From NCBI GenBank assembly GCA_042569785.1, contig JBHPGW010000005.1, positions 3,347 to 67,346 on the forward strand: DNA of 64,000 bases. The letters run 5' to 3'. The notes beneath the pieces are model-generated. The model ran no database searches, was not told the origin of the DNA, and was given only the letters and a program-made list of their open reading frames with translations. The stretch is from Planctomycetota bacterium. GTDB lineage: Bacteria > Planctomycetota > Phycisphaerae > Sedimentisphaerales > Anaerobacaceae. The translations under genes and the position numbers were made by a program. This document shows, in pieces, positions 1 to 8,850 of the stretch. Position 1 is the first letter of the stretch. The number at the start of each line of letters is the position of its first letter.

Positions 1-589
1 ATTCGGTTATCTTAACGTATCTGACGGGCTGTGGTGATTTCTTCCTCTGCTTTATTTTTCCAAATGGATTTTGGCCTTCTTGAAGATAGCCACGGGGGTC
101 AATCGCAAGGTTAAAGATTCGTTTTAGCGTGCGGATATCCTTATTGGCTGTCGGAATCGTCACTCCTGATGCCAAGCGGTGGGCTATAAAAGCTTCTGCT
201 TGTCTGGGCCTAATATTTGTAAGAAATGTTGAACCGTCTATGAACTTTTCAAAGAGCTTGAGAGCTCGAATCTGGTCGCAGAGAGTTGCATAAGCTACTT
301 GGCCAGCCATTACCTTTTTGTGCTCTTTTGCGAAGGCACTGAAGGTAATCTTATCCGGCTTGTCGGGCCTTGCCTGGTTGACATCTGTCTGAAGCTTCCT
401 GGCAAAATAATCGGCAAGCTTTCTGGTCTTAAAACTTCTCGAGTACCTTTTGCCCGCATTGCCAAACCATCTAACTGTCCAGGAATGTCTCCGATATTTT
501 GGCCACTCTGACTTTGGTGCTGGCTTTCCATTTACTTTTGGCACCTTTTCAAGCCATCTGCGATAGATCCCTATTTTCTCTGTTGCCAT
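1..589 (-). CDS. Tyrosine recombinase / phage-type integrase, N-terminal part (gene runs off the left edge)
   Basis: Not on the ORF track because it has no in-window stop. My translation of the minus strand from ATG 589-587 stays open to position 1: MATEKIGIYRRWLEKVPKVNGKPAPKSEWPKYRRHSWTVRWFGNAGKRYSRSFKTRKLADYFARKLQTDVNQARPDKPDKITFSAFAKEHKKVMAGQ...IRPRQAEAFIAHRLASGVTIPTANKDIRTLKRIFNLAIDPRGYL. GGAG lies 7 nt upstream of the ATG. A basic arm-like N-terminus followed by core-binding (SAM-like) helices is typical of integrases. The gene sits directly downstream of an excisionase-like gene. The catalytic domain is outside the window. Confidence 0.65.
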   Translation of the reverse strand, partial: MATEKIGIYRRWLEKVPKVNGKPAPKSEWPKYRRHSWTVRWFGNAGKRYSRSFKTRKLADYFARKLQTDVNQARPDKPDKITFSAFAKEHKKVMAGQVAYATLCDQIRALKLFEKFIDGSTFLTNIRPRQAEAFIAHRLASGVTIPTANKDIRTLKRIFNLAIDPRGYLQEGQNPFGKIKQRKKSPQPVRYVKITE

Positions 590-590
590 A

Positions 591-615
591 TGGTAACTCC
601 TTTCCGCAGTTACCA
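591..615 (-). promoter_or_regulatory. Perfect 8-bp inverted repeat overlapping the integrase ribosome-binding site
   Basis: tggtaact (591-598) and agttacca (608-615) are exact reverse complements separated by a 9-nt loop. On the minus-strand mRNA the hairpin contains the GGAG SD and ends 1-2 nt before the ATG. Confidence 0.3.
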
Positions 616-695
616 CTGACGACTGACAGGGGTAATTCTATCAGAAATAGGTTCGGGGCGCAAGTGCTTTTTTTGTAAAGTATATTTTGTCATTG

Positions 696-944
696 TCATG
701 CCGTTTTATTTCTTAAAAAATTCTCAAGCTCAATTTTTAAATACCATACTCTTCTTGCATATTTTGTGGCCTTAAGTTCTCCATGATCTCGCCAGTAATT
801 TAGAGTTCTTTGTGCGGATTTAGGTGTATGGCCAATCTCATTAAGGCGTAAAAACATCGCAGCTTCGACAGGAGTCATTAAATCAGGGAATTTCTGCGGT
901 TTTTTTGGCCATAGAGTTTTTGTATGTGATGATTTGTTATTCAT
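696..944 (-). CDS. Excisionase/AlpA-type helix-turn-helix DNA-binding protein
   Basis: 82 aa. The stretch LMTPVEAAMFLRLNEIGHTPKSAQRTLNYWRDHGELKATKYARRVWYLKIELENFL has the excisionase-family HTH-plus-wing layout. It is co-directional with, and just upstream of, the integrase. Confidence 0.65.
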   Translation of the reverse strand: MNNKSSHTKTLWPKKPQKFPDLMTPVEAAMFLRLNEIGHTPKSAQRTLNYWRDHGELKATKYARRVWYLKIELENFLRNKTA

Positions 945-1146
945 TATTTTTGATTCAACTATTTATTATTTAAGCTATGATTTACTTGTCTAATATCCAA
1001 GCCAATATTAACAGAAAATTTTGCCAAGCTTTTTCTCAAATTCCTTTATTCTACTGAAGCCATTTTTAATTCCCATTTGTCTGTTCAGATGCTATCAGAG
1101 ATTTAGACATCGTTTTATAAGCACATAGGTACCTTTAGTATTAAAG

Positions 1147-1485
1147 TCAACGGATAATAAACTGAATAAAAAGTAATAGTAAACTTAGTGTCACAAATAT
1201 TGCCATCATGTCGCTAATGATGCCAATAATCTTGCCTTCAATTGATGCGCGATACTCTTCTATCAATTCTTTATCAGATAATCGAGCCCTACCATTGTCG
1301 ATAGCAGCCGCTGGCCCTGCTGAATCACTGATCTCATTTGACTGCGAGATTTGCATCGTCCTTTGGGTGGCACAAGTACCACAGCCGCTTTGCTCACCAG
1401 CTTTGACCACACTTACCAGGACGAATGAGAGCAAAATAACGACCAAAAGCTTCTTCCAATAAATCTGAGATAAATAAGTTTTCAT
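1147..1485 (-). CDS. Small exported/membrane-anchored protein, unknown function
   Basis: 112 aa. N-terminal signal-like segment LLVVILLSFVLVSVVKA and C-terminal hydrophobic helix IIGIISDMMAIFVTLSLLLLFIQFII. No family recognised. Confidence 0.4.
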   Translation of the reverse strand: MKTYLSQIYWKKLLVVILLSFVLVSVVKAGEQSGCGTCATQRTMQISQSNEISDSAGPAAAIDNGRARLSDKELIEEYRASIEGKIIGIISDMMAIFVTLSLLLLFIQFIIR

Positions 1486-1529
1486 GATAGTTTCCTTAAA
1501 AATAGGTTAATAATTTTTGGTATAGTCAC

Positions 1530-2471
1530 TTAAAGCCAGACGATTCCAGCGTTATCCTTTTTGATTTCGATAATATCTTTTTCCTTTAATCCTGAGGGGT
1601 ATTGCAAAAATCTCAGTTTGCTGATGTCGTAGTATTTCCGGACACTTCGTTGTACATTTTTGATTAAACGCACTACATAATCTGACCAGTTTTGCCTTGT
1701 GCGAATATTCCTGATAGCAGCAGCTTCTATATGGTAGCCCTCGGCTTCAAGTGCCTGCTGTGTTAGTATCAGACCTCTGCCTCGCGGATTGACGGCTTCG
1801 GCAAAAACTTCTTCGACGCCGCAGTCAACTGCAAATTTAACCAATTCGTCGATTTGGGCAGGTGAGTCCGCGACCGAAGGTAAGATCGGACAGAACATTC
1901 CATAGGTTCGCAATCCTTGTTCGTGGGCTTGCCTAACAGTTTCCATTCGCTCTTCGATGCTGGATGCATTTGGCTCAATTATCTTGATGCGATTGCTCTT
2001 ATCCGGTGTAGCTGTGATGCTTAAGCCAACAAGTACCCGGTCAGCATGTTTTTCGATAAGGTCGAAATCTTTTCTTACGGCGGCGTTTTTGGTTAAGATC
2101 CTAACCGTCCAGTCGGGCTCTGAAAGAATCGCCTCCAGACATTTTCTGCCAAGATCATGTTCCTGTGCTTCAGGTGACCATGCATCTACAGTTGTGCAGA
2201 GTTGAACCATCGCTCTTTTCCTGATCTTGCGGGCATCACGAGCCACCCGTTGAGGGGTGCTGGGATCGACAATTGCGTAGCCATTATCAAATGCCGATAC
2301 GCCTAATTCTTTAAATGCGTGGTGGACTCTGAGCATTGCACCTGTCGAGCAGTATGTGCATGCGTGTCCGCATTTGAGGCCACTATTGACGGCGAATTGA
2401 GCAAGACCTTTTTTCTCGAATTCCTTTGTTCGACTGATACCATTCTTTAATTCCCATTCGTAAGTTTTCAT
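1530..2471 (-). CDS. Radical SAM enzyme, SplB / 'DNA repair photolyase' (COG1533)-like
   Basis: The track ORF is 1530..2516. I prefer the ATG at 2471 (MKTYEWELK), which has AGGAG 8 nt upstream. GLKCGHACTYCS is a CX3CX2C cluster motif near the N-terminus. The overall layout resembles the SplB-like radical SAM group. Confidence 0.7.
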   Translation of the reverse strand: MKTYEWELKNGISRTKEFEKKGLAQFAVNSGLKCGHACTYCSTGAMLRVHHAFKELGVSAFDNGYAIVDPSTPQRVARDARKIRKRAMVQLCTTVDAWSPEAQEHDLGRKCLEAILSEPDWTVRILTKNAAVRKDFDLIEKHADRVLVGLSITATPDKSNRIKIIEPNASSIEERMETVRQAHEQGLRTYGMFCPILPSVADSPAQIDELVKFAVDCGVEEVFAEAVNPRGRGLILTQQALEAEGYHIEAAAIRNIRTRQNWSDYVVRLIKNVQRSVRKYYDISKLRFLQYPSGLKEKDIIEIKKDNAGIVWL

Positions 2472-2554
2472 AATTATACTCCTATGATTTAAATAATTAT
2501 TTGACAACAATTTCATTGTTATTGAGCAGGTTTAACACAGTATTTTTACAATAA

Positions 2555-3016
2555 TTAGACATCTTTTTTGCGCCCGTTAGAAAAATATTTGTATAATTTG
2601 TGGCTGATTATTCCATCGTCGGCATCTGAAGGTATCCCTTCCGGATATATGCTATTGATGGCATCTTTAACCATATCAGGTTTTACCGTCAGCCCCAGTT
2701 GCTTTAAGGCTTGTGTAAACTCCTGACATTTGTGGTATGAAGGGCACTGAATACTTCGGTTTTGTCTTTGTCGTGGGGCGTTGAAGACAACCGGCTCACC
2801 GTCATAGCCGATACCCGTTCTTCGAATTTCGAGGCACTTTTGCTGCATATCGGGAGTATAAAACGGGCGATTAGAACGACCGCAGCGTTCCGGTTTTGGA
2901 AAAACGCCTCTGTTCTGGAGCTGGTAGAATCTTGCCCTGGATAGTTTTAGTCTTGTAACCAGCTCTTTAATAGTACATATCCCTTTGATATTATTGTCTG
3001 ATAAATTTTCCATCAT
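2555..3016 (-). CDS. HTH DNA-binding protein (AlpA/excisionase-like N-terminal HTH)
   Basis: 153 aa. CTIKELVTRLKLSRARFYQLQNRGVFPKPE is an AlpA/MerR-like HTH. Its start codon overlaps the RuvB-like stop by 1 nt (both at 3016). Confidence 0.5.
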   Translation of the reverse strand: MMENLSDNNIKGICTIKELVTRLKLSRARFYQLQNRGVFPKPERCGRSNRPFYTPDMQQKCLEIRRTGIGYDGEPVVFNAPRQRQNRSIQCPSYHKCQEFTQALKQLGLTVKPDMVKDAINSIYPEGIPSDADDGIISHKLYKYFSNGRKKDV

Positions 3017-4017
3017 TATTCTCCATCATTTAAACAAAATTTAGTGTTTTCAATATGCCCTCTGCCTTTTTCCGTAATTTCTCTGACAGAGGATTTGCCC
3101 TTGATGACAAAACCTTCTTTAAGCAAATACGGCTCAATCACTCTCTGTATTGTCAAGGTCGGTAGGGATAATCTTGAACTCAATATGCCTAACGCTGATG
3201 GGCCACAATCATATAATACCTTAAGATAAGCCCTGTCTAAGTACTCCAGCCCCAATTCGTCAATCTGTAAATGGCGAAAAGCTTCATTTACATCGTCGAG
3301 CATAATCATATTACGATCATGGCTTTTGGCTACATGCCAACACATTTGAAGATTCTTATGAAGAGCCTGTCGGGGATTTCCTTTGGCTCTTTGTGCAACA
3401 GTTCGCACAATTTCATCTGATTCGCACTGCCAATTCAATGCTTCTATCCTTTGACGTACGATTCCAACAAGGTCGTCCAACAGATAGTCCTTAAATCTAC
3501 AGTCGATCCTCATCCTACTTCTCAATGCGTCCAGAAGCATATGTTCATGCGTCGTTGCCATTATCAACGTAAAGTTAGCAAGTGGTATTGTATGGTAACG
3601 GTATGGCCCGGCAGGTACGCGCAAAGTTCGCTCAGAAAGAGTTGTTAATAAAACAAGCTGGGTTTTGGAATTCATTCCATGTGCTTCGTCAATAAATATT
3701 GTTGTGTTATCATCAGCACTGAGGAATGTTGAGTATAATTCCGCCTTGGCGTTCATTGTTACACCGTTAGTCTCAATCAGATGCAGATTCCCAAGCTCAG
3801 CGTGAACAGCTTTCGCTGTTATTGTTTTACCCCGTCCACTTGGACCATAAAAAGCAACTGGCCCAAAAGATGGATCAGCATTTTTAGATTCTGATCGACT
3901 ATTGAAATGTGCACTTATATGCACATTCAATTTATTTATAACCTGGGGCTGACCGTGAATATGGGATAAGCTAGTTAATTTAACCTGGTTGACATCCACT
4001 CCAACTTTTTTTTCCAT
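3016..4017 (-). CDS. RuvB-like AAA+ ATPase (stand-alone paralog, no ruvA/ruvC nearby)
   Basis: 333 aa, alignable by eye with E. coli RuvB over its full length. Matches: IHGQPQV (cf. VGQPQV); Walker A GPSGRGKT; Walker B IFIDEAHGM; ATTHEHMLLDALRSRM (cf. ATTRAGSLTSPLRDRF); RAKGNPRQA (cf. RARGTPRIA); C-terminal wing VIEPYLLKEGFVIKGKSSVREITEKG (cf. LEPYLIQQGFLQRTPRGR). Confidence 0.8.
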   Translation of the reverse strand: MEKKVGVDVNQVKLTSLSHIHGQPQVINKLNVHISAHFNSRSESKNADPSFGPVAFYGPSGRGKTITAKAVHAELGNLHLIETNGVTMNAKAELYSTFLSADDNTTIFIDEAHGMNSKTQLVLLTTLSERTLRVPAGPYRYHTIPLANFTLIMATTHEHMLLDALRSRMRIDCRFKDYLLDDLVGIVRQRIEALNWQCESDEIVRTVAQRAKGNPRQALHKNLQMCWHVAKSHDRNMIMLDDVNEAFRHLQIDELGLEYLDRAYLKVLYDCGPSALGILSSRLSLPTLTIQRVIEPYLLKEGFVIKGKSSVREITEKGRGHIENTKFCLNDGE

Positions 4018-4059
4018 TTCAACGCCTTCCTTTCCTTGCCATTAATGATGTTAGCCGGC

Positions 4060-6897
4060 TTAACTTTCGCTACGCCTTTTGTCCAACGGCATTCGTCTGA
4101 TGTATGGCATAAGCGCATCAGCCGTTTCGCGAGTTTTGACAAAAGGCTTTTTACCAAGCTGAACTGAAAGTTCACCGTTAGTAAGAGCATCACCATAGAT
4201 ATAAGCGTCAAGCGATGAGATTAACTGTTGTGGCTCTGCGGCCAGCTTTTTCACAAAAGAACGGTATAATCGCACAAGCAATGGGTAATTGTCGCCAACA
4301 TTGCCGACGATTTCTTCCAGATCTGCCCCAAGATATATGTTGTCAAATGGCTGTCCATTTAGCTCATATCCTCTATGAGTTTTTTTTACACATCCGGATG
4401 CCAATCCCATCGCCACTGCGGCGTGTTTTTCATGTATTGAGCAACTCGCCGGGGGGAGCAAAGCAATGATTGGATCTGCGCCGAGCTTGGCACGAGCTTC
4501 AAAGCTTTGCGGCATGTGCCACAATTTGGAGGTGTCGTTAATTAACCTGTCCATCGAAATCCGACACCGCTGCTGAAAGAATACGATTGCATTGGAATCG
4601 TTTAGTTCGGCAATCTGCCATTCACCGTTTCGAGGGTCAATTTCATTGGCTGTTTTGACTATCCACTCACCCACGGATCTATCTTTGACTGCTATGAACT
4701 TTATTGTTGGTATTATCTCATCTGCCTCGCCGGTAATCCTTAATCTGCCGTTACTCTCACGTAAGCATTGTGCGATCAGGTCTTTCAATTCAGCAGGCGA
4801 TCTGCGGCATTCTTTGAAAACGTCAATAGCATTAAGGGCGGACAAATGCCGGTGAGCCATATCGATACAGTATTCAAGCAGAGTTTCCTTGATGTCATTT
4901 AGATTACGATGGTTAAAGGCGATAAGGTTTTTGTAATGGCCCTGAAATTCACTAAAGACTTTCTCGGATACCTTTTCTTCACCATCCTCATTATCAACTA
5001 CCATTTCAAACTTCTGTATGATAAAGCCGGGAGTTGCCAGTTCCTTGCCTACAGAGACTTTTAATACGGGATTAAGATTCTGAAGCCGGTTTGCTTCGAT
5101 GCCGACATCCCTATCAACAATCATTATATTGCCTGTAAGTTTATGCATCTGAGACAGTTGTTCAGTTAGGAATTCCTGAAGTAATGGATAATACTCATTG
5201 GCCAGGATTACCCTTGCCACAATTTCAAAGCGGTTGCGGACAGCTGATTCCGTGTAAACTGGGAATATTCGCCCTATCTGCTTTTTCATCGAAAAACAGA
5301 AAAACCGCCAAAACCAGAACTTGCCCTTTAATTTGTTTAGAATATCCCTGGCATGACCGAGCATATCATCGATGGATTTTTTCTTGGACTGTACACGTTC
5401 CAGCTTTTTATTATTAGCTTTTTTGAAGGCTTCTGTTTTCTCTATAAAGGTTTCAATAAACTGTGTCGCCTTTGAGAGACCGTCGCGGTCCTGCAGGAGG
5501 ATTAACACTTTGTTGCCAATCGCTTTAGTCGAATCTGTAGAAAACTTCTCAAATTCCCTGTACATTTGCGGTTTAAGACGCTGTGGCATCTCAACATCAA
5601 GCGTATATGAACTTGCATTACCAAGTTCGCAGCAATGATTAAAACCCCAGCCATGACCACAGCGCTGACGAAATACCGCGATGCCATATTCAGAGGCGTT
5701 CGCATTGCCATAGCCACTTAAGCAATGAAGCCGCCTGCAAGCCAAATGCTTGGTTTCCGTCTCAGCTATTGCCAGTTCTGCGGCGACTATGTCAGCTCCT
5801 TTTACAGCCTGCGGCTGTTTTTTGTTTATAAGCAGTTTCTTCAGGAATAGCTCCACCAGCTTATTGGCTACACAACAAATAATGCGAGGCAGGTCCAGAT
5901 GTATGTTTGAATAACCCATCGTTGACACAAAACGCTGGCCGCCCAATTCGTCCTTTATCCAGGCCTCTTCGATATCGACGGCTTTTTCCTGGATTGCTCT
6001 GCCTAACGGTGTATGAAAGAGGTGAAAGATATGCTGCGCCGCCTGTGAAATTAGGTTGTCAAGGTTATCAAAGCCTCCGTGATTATTCGTATCTGATATT
6101 AGAATAAGCGAGTCACAGAGTGGCTGCTGCATTGTGTGCTCTTTGTTAATGTCACTGTATTGACCGACTAAATATGCCTGAAGCTCTCTACAGATCATCT
6201 CCTGGTTCCGAGCTGCTGTTTCCTTATCAATCGGTTCAATGCTGCCCATGCACATTCCTAATACAACGATTCTGACAGGTAGCTTCAGTTCGTTAGCTTC
6301 TTGGCGAATGTTTTTTAACAATTCGATCAATGTGCCGGTGCCAAAACCACCCAGAAGAGACAGGCAAACTGCTGCAGTGATAGGCATATTTACCGCGTTT
6401 TTGTCTTCGGACTTGTCTAAAACCTGGCGCTGTTGCTGGTAATCTCTGCAATTACGCAAAATTTTACGGACTCGTTTGCGTGTTCTGTTTATATTCAATT
6501 TCAATAATCCGTGGCCAGTTCGGCCATTACCGCCGGTACCGTTATTGTCTTTGGATACTCCCGGCTTCCTGAACCAGTTCGCTTCCATTGGCCAAAGCAA
6601 ACCGGCTCGCTCAGCTTTTTCCAGGCTTTCGGCGTCTGGTAAGGTAACAGGCATGAACTCATTTGGCCCTAAAGTCATCTTGTCCATATCACTGTCAGCC
6701 ATTGGGACGAGGAAATTAGGTATTACGCCCTCAGCATCAAAGCCTAACATCTGCAGTTTCTGTTGTGGCGTCAGCATGCCATAGACAGATTCAAGTTTAC
6801 GTACAGCCATTTCTACCTTTTCGCCGGTGCTGCCGGTAAATAAAGCAACACCGACAGATGCGGTTTCGGTTATTGATTCATATAGTTTTGTTTTCAT
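4060..6897 (-). CDS. Large tubulin/FtsZ-superfamily GTPase-like protein (Tubulin_2-type) with long uncharacterised C-terminal region
   Basis: 945 aa. The N-terminal ~300 aa carries GVALFTGSTGEKV, NNGTGGNGRTGHG and the tubulin-signature-like SLLGGFGTGT (nt ~6327-6360), followed by LILISDTNNHGG. The ATG at 6897 has AAGGAG 11 nt upstream and lies 20 nt inside the upstream gene. Confidence 0.6.
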   Translation of the reverse strand: MKTKLYESITETASVGVALFTGSTGEKVEMAVRKLESVYGMLTPQQKLQMLGFDAEGVIPNFLVPMADSDMDKMTLGPNEFMPVTLPDAESLEKAERAGLLWPMEANWFRKPGVSKDNNGTGGNGRTGHGLLKLNINRTRKRVRKILRNCRDYQQQRQVLDKSEDKNAVNMPITAAVCLSLLGGFGTGTLIELLKNIRQEANELKLPVRIVVLGMCMGSIEPIDKETAARNQEMICRELQAYLVGQYSDINKEHTMQQPLCDSLILISDTNNHGGFDNLDNLISQAAQHIFHLFHTPLGRAIQEKAVDIEEAWIKDELGGQRFVSTMGYSNIHLDLPRIICCVANKLVELFLKKLLINKKQPQAVKGADIVAAELAIAETETKHLACRRLHCLSGYGNANASEYGIAVFRQRCGHGWGFNHCCELGNASSYTLDVEMPQRLKPQMYREFEKFSTDSTKAIGNKVLILLQDRDGLSKATQFIETFIEKTEAFKKANNKKLERVQSKKKSIDDMLGHARDILNKLKGKFWFWRFFCFSMKKQIGRIFPVYTESAVRNRFEIVARVILANEYYPLLQEFLTEQLSQMHKLTGNIMIVDRDVGIEANRLQNLNPVLKVSVGKELATPGFIIQKFEMVVDNEDGEEKVSEKVFSEFQGHYKNLIAFNHRNLNDIKETLLEYCIDMAHRHLSALNAIDVFKECRRSPAELKDLIAQCLRESNGRLRITGEADEIIPTIKFIAVKDRSVGEWIVKTANEIDPRNGEWQIAELNDSNAIVFFQQRCRISMDRLINDTSKLWHMPQSFEARAKLGADPIIALLPPASCSIHEKHAAVAMGLASGCVKKTHRGYELNGQPFDNIYLGADLEEIVGNVGDNYPLLVRLYRSFVKKLAAEPQQLISSLDAYIYGDALTNGELSVQLGKKPFVKTRETADALMPYIRRMPLDKRRSES

Positions 6898-8164
6898 CGC
6901 TATTTAACTCCTTATCACTTTCCAAGGGTTCAGATAAAACAGTTATAGTTACCTCATTGACCAACTCTATATCTACCGGCAAATCGAGGACGCTTTTACG
7001 GCGGTGGGTTAATTCGAGACCGTTAATGATAATTGGAGAGCAAGCCAAATTTTGTATTTTAAGCTCTCTCCTGCTTTTGAATATTCTAACGTGTTTATCT
7101 TCTACCGTTTCATCATCAATGTAGATGGTGCTTCCAAGACCGCTGCCAATGAGTATTTCACCGAGAGCATCCAATGACCCAAGATCGTACTTATGGTCGC
7201 CATAAAAAGCGATTAAATGAAACGGCATGTTGTCATCTGTTTGGTCTGTAGCTTTTGAGTTAGTTGCTGATTTTCCTTTTGAAAATACGATTAGAGACAT
7301 AGCACCAAATATCACCAGTATCGCGATAGCAGGCCAAATCATTTTCGAACGTTTCCGAATATTCTTTTTGCCGCCTTCTTTGCTCCGTTCTTTGGCTTTA
7401 AGTTCTTCTGTTTTCGAATTATCGATGTCATGAACAGGTGGTTTAGTAAGCTCGGCTTCATCAAGTTTTTTGTCATCAGACAGCGGCGGCAAAGGTTTTT
7501 GTGTTTTGGAGTCGATAGCCTGTTCGATTGGAACCTGATATGTCCGGAATTTTTCAAACCAGCCGGCAATATCTGAATTTTCAATAATAGCGATATCAAA
7601 CTCATCTCTATCACCGGCAAGCAGCAGATTCGGGTTGGCTGTCTCTGCAACTGTCATAAGAAGGTTAACGCCGCTAAGTTTGCATACTGCTGCCTTATGC
7701 CTGATATCAGCCACTTTCCAGTCACTGTAACGCCCATCTGATATTACGAGGCAATATTTGCTGGTATATGGACGATTATTCAGTTCGCCATAGGCAAGCT
7801 GTAATGCATCAGCGATATTAGCCCGACACCACCATTTGTATTTAAGATCCATAAGTTTTTGATTGAGCCTGGTTCGCTGGGCTGCACTGTCAGGATCAAT
7901 CCGGCAGATTGTTTCGATAACATTTTTATCCTTATGTGCTGAAACAATAATCAGCTCGTCTCCAGCTCCAAGCAATGATATTGCCTGACGGGCAAGGATC
8001 AGTGACTGCCTCCATGTTATATGTCCCACATCGCTGCAGTCGATTATGATGGCTAAAACCAGATGCTCGTCAGTACCAATCGCCCCCTTCCCTGAAGCGT
8101 TAGCAGTAAATGGCACCAAAACCATCATGATTATTATCGATATTTCAAAAAACAGCTTTTTCAT
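6878..8164 (-). CDS. Signal peptide - vWA-like domain - TM helix - FHA-like domain protein
   Basis: The track ORF starts at a TTG (8194). The ATG at 8164 gives MKKLFFEISIIIMMVLVPFTANA, a signal peptide. vWA-like elements are LAIIIDCSDVG (degenerate MIDAS) and YCLVISDGRY. The TM helix is WPAIAILVIFGAMSLIVF. The C-terminal FHA-like stretch is ILIGSGLGSTIYIDDETVEDKHVRIF...SPIIINGLEL. Confidence 0.6.
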   Translation of the reverse strand: MKKLFFEISIIIMMVLVPFTANASGKGAIGTDEHLVLAIIIDCSDVGHITWRQSLILARQAISLLGAGDELIIVSAHKDKNVIETICRIDPDSAAQRTRLNQKLMDLKYKWWCRANIADALQLAYGELNNRPYTSKYCLVISDGRYSDWKVADIRHKAAVCKLSGVNLLMTVAETANPNLLLAGDRDEFDIAIIENSDIAGWFEKFRTYQVPIEQAIDSKTQKPLPPLSDDKKLDEAELTKPPVHDIDNSKTEELKAKERSKEGGKKNIRKRSKMIWPAIAILVIFGAMSLIVFSKGKSATNSKATDQTDDNMPFHLIAFYGDHKYDLGSLDALGEILIGSGLGSTIYIDDETVEDKHVRIFKSRRELKIQNLACSPIIINGLELTHRRKSVLDLPVDIELVNEVTITVLSEPLESDKELNSDENKTI

Positions 8165-8198
8165 AATCTTCCCTTTTCGCCCATTTACGGGCAACTAA

Positions 8199-8411
8199 TT
8201 AGTGTTTGTTTCTTTTGATAATTTTGAAAACTCCGACAACCCCGAGGCATATTACTGCCAAGGAGGCTAAGCCGAATAGGGGGTCATTTTGATGGTATCG
8301 AAGGTTCTCAACACTTTTTGAAATTAATTCAAACAGTTTTGATTTGATTATCAGTATGACGACCATAACTAACAGAAATAGCGGAACTATATTTTCCCAT
8401 CGGATTCTCAT
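8199..8411 (-). CDS. Small two-helix membrane protein
   Basis: 70 aa with two hydrophobic helices (IVPLFLLVMVVILII and LFGLASLAVICLGVVGVF). ATG start with a strong AAGGAGAG SD about 9 nt upstream. Confidence 0.45.
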   Translation of the reverse strand: MRIRWENIVPLFLLVMVVILIIKSKLFELISKSVENLRYHQNDPLFGLASLAVICLGVVGVFKIIKRNKH

Positions 8412-8844
8412 CTTTAGTTCTCTCCTTTTGAATTTTTTGATGTGACAATATCATTTTTTTCTTTGGCAGTCTTTTCAACCGACTATATGTTTCAAGCTCG
8501 CTTTGAAGCTGCCCCAAAAGCAGGATTTTGATAGGTTCACCACCTGGGCTTAGCTGCAGCGGTTTTAGTTTACGTGTGATCTCATTTTTCACTTTTTTAG
8601 TAGGGACAACGACCCATAATGGCACATTTACTAACACCGCCTTTCTTGCGTTGTCCGTGGCATGTCGTAATGTGGTTTCAACCTCAAATCCCAAACTAAC
8701 GTGGTCTTGTTGCGCAAATACATCAAAAAAGGTAGTTACACCGTTTTGGACAAAGCTGTATTCAGTGTCAGCAAAAGCAAAGAACCTGCTCGCGGTCATT
8801 TTGACGTCCATCGCTATAGAATTATGTAGAGTATCTCCTCGCAT
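8329..8844 (-). CDS. Hypothetical protein; possible PD-(D/E)xK-like nuclease fold (weak)
   Basis: 171 aa, starting 6 nt after the HerA-like stop. FFDVFAQQDHVSLGFEVETT gives a D-x12-E-x-E pattern, followed by VNVPLWVVVP. The last ~27 codons overlap the next gene. The fold assignment is a guess. Confidence 0.35.
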   Translation of the reverse strand: MRGDTLHNSIAMDVKMTASRFFAFADTEYSFVQNGVTTFFDVFAQQDHVSLGFEVETTLRHATDNARKAVLVNVPLWVVVPTKKVKNEITRKLKPLQLSPGGEPIKILLLGQLQSELETYSRLKRLPKKKMILSHQKIQKERTKDENPMGKYSSAISVSYGRHTDNQIKTV

Positions 8845-8850
8845 ATTTGT

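Noticed and set aside
299-531. Track ORFs 299..511 (+) and 310..531 (-)
   Set aside because: Both lie inside the longer open frame that reads from ATG 589 to position 1 (integrase N-terminus, with SD and family-like sequence). Their products are low-complexity, so they are shadow or alternate-frame ORFs.
3975-4211. 78-aa minus-strand ORF bridging the RuvB-like and tubulin-like genes
   Set aside because: It overlaps the ends of two well-supported genes in other frames and has no independent support.
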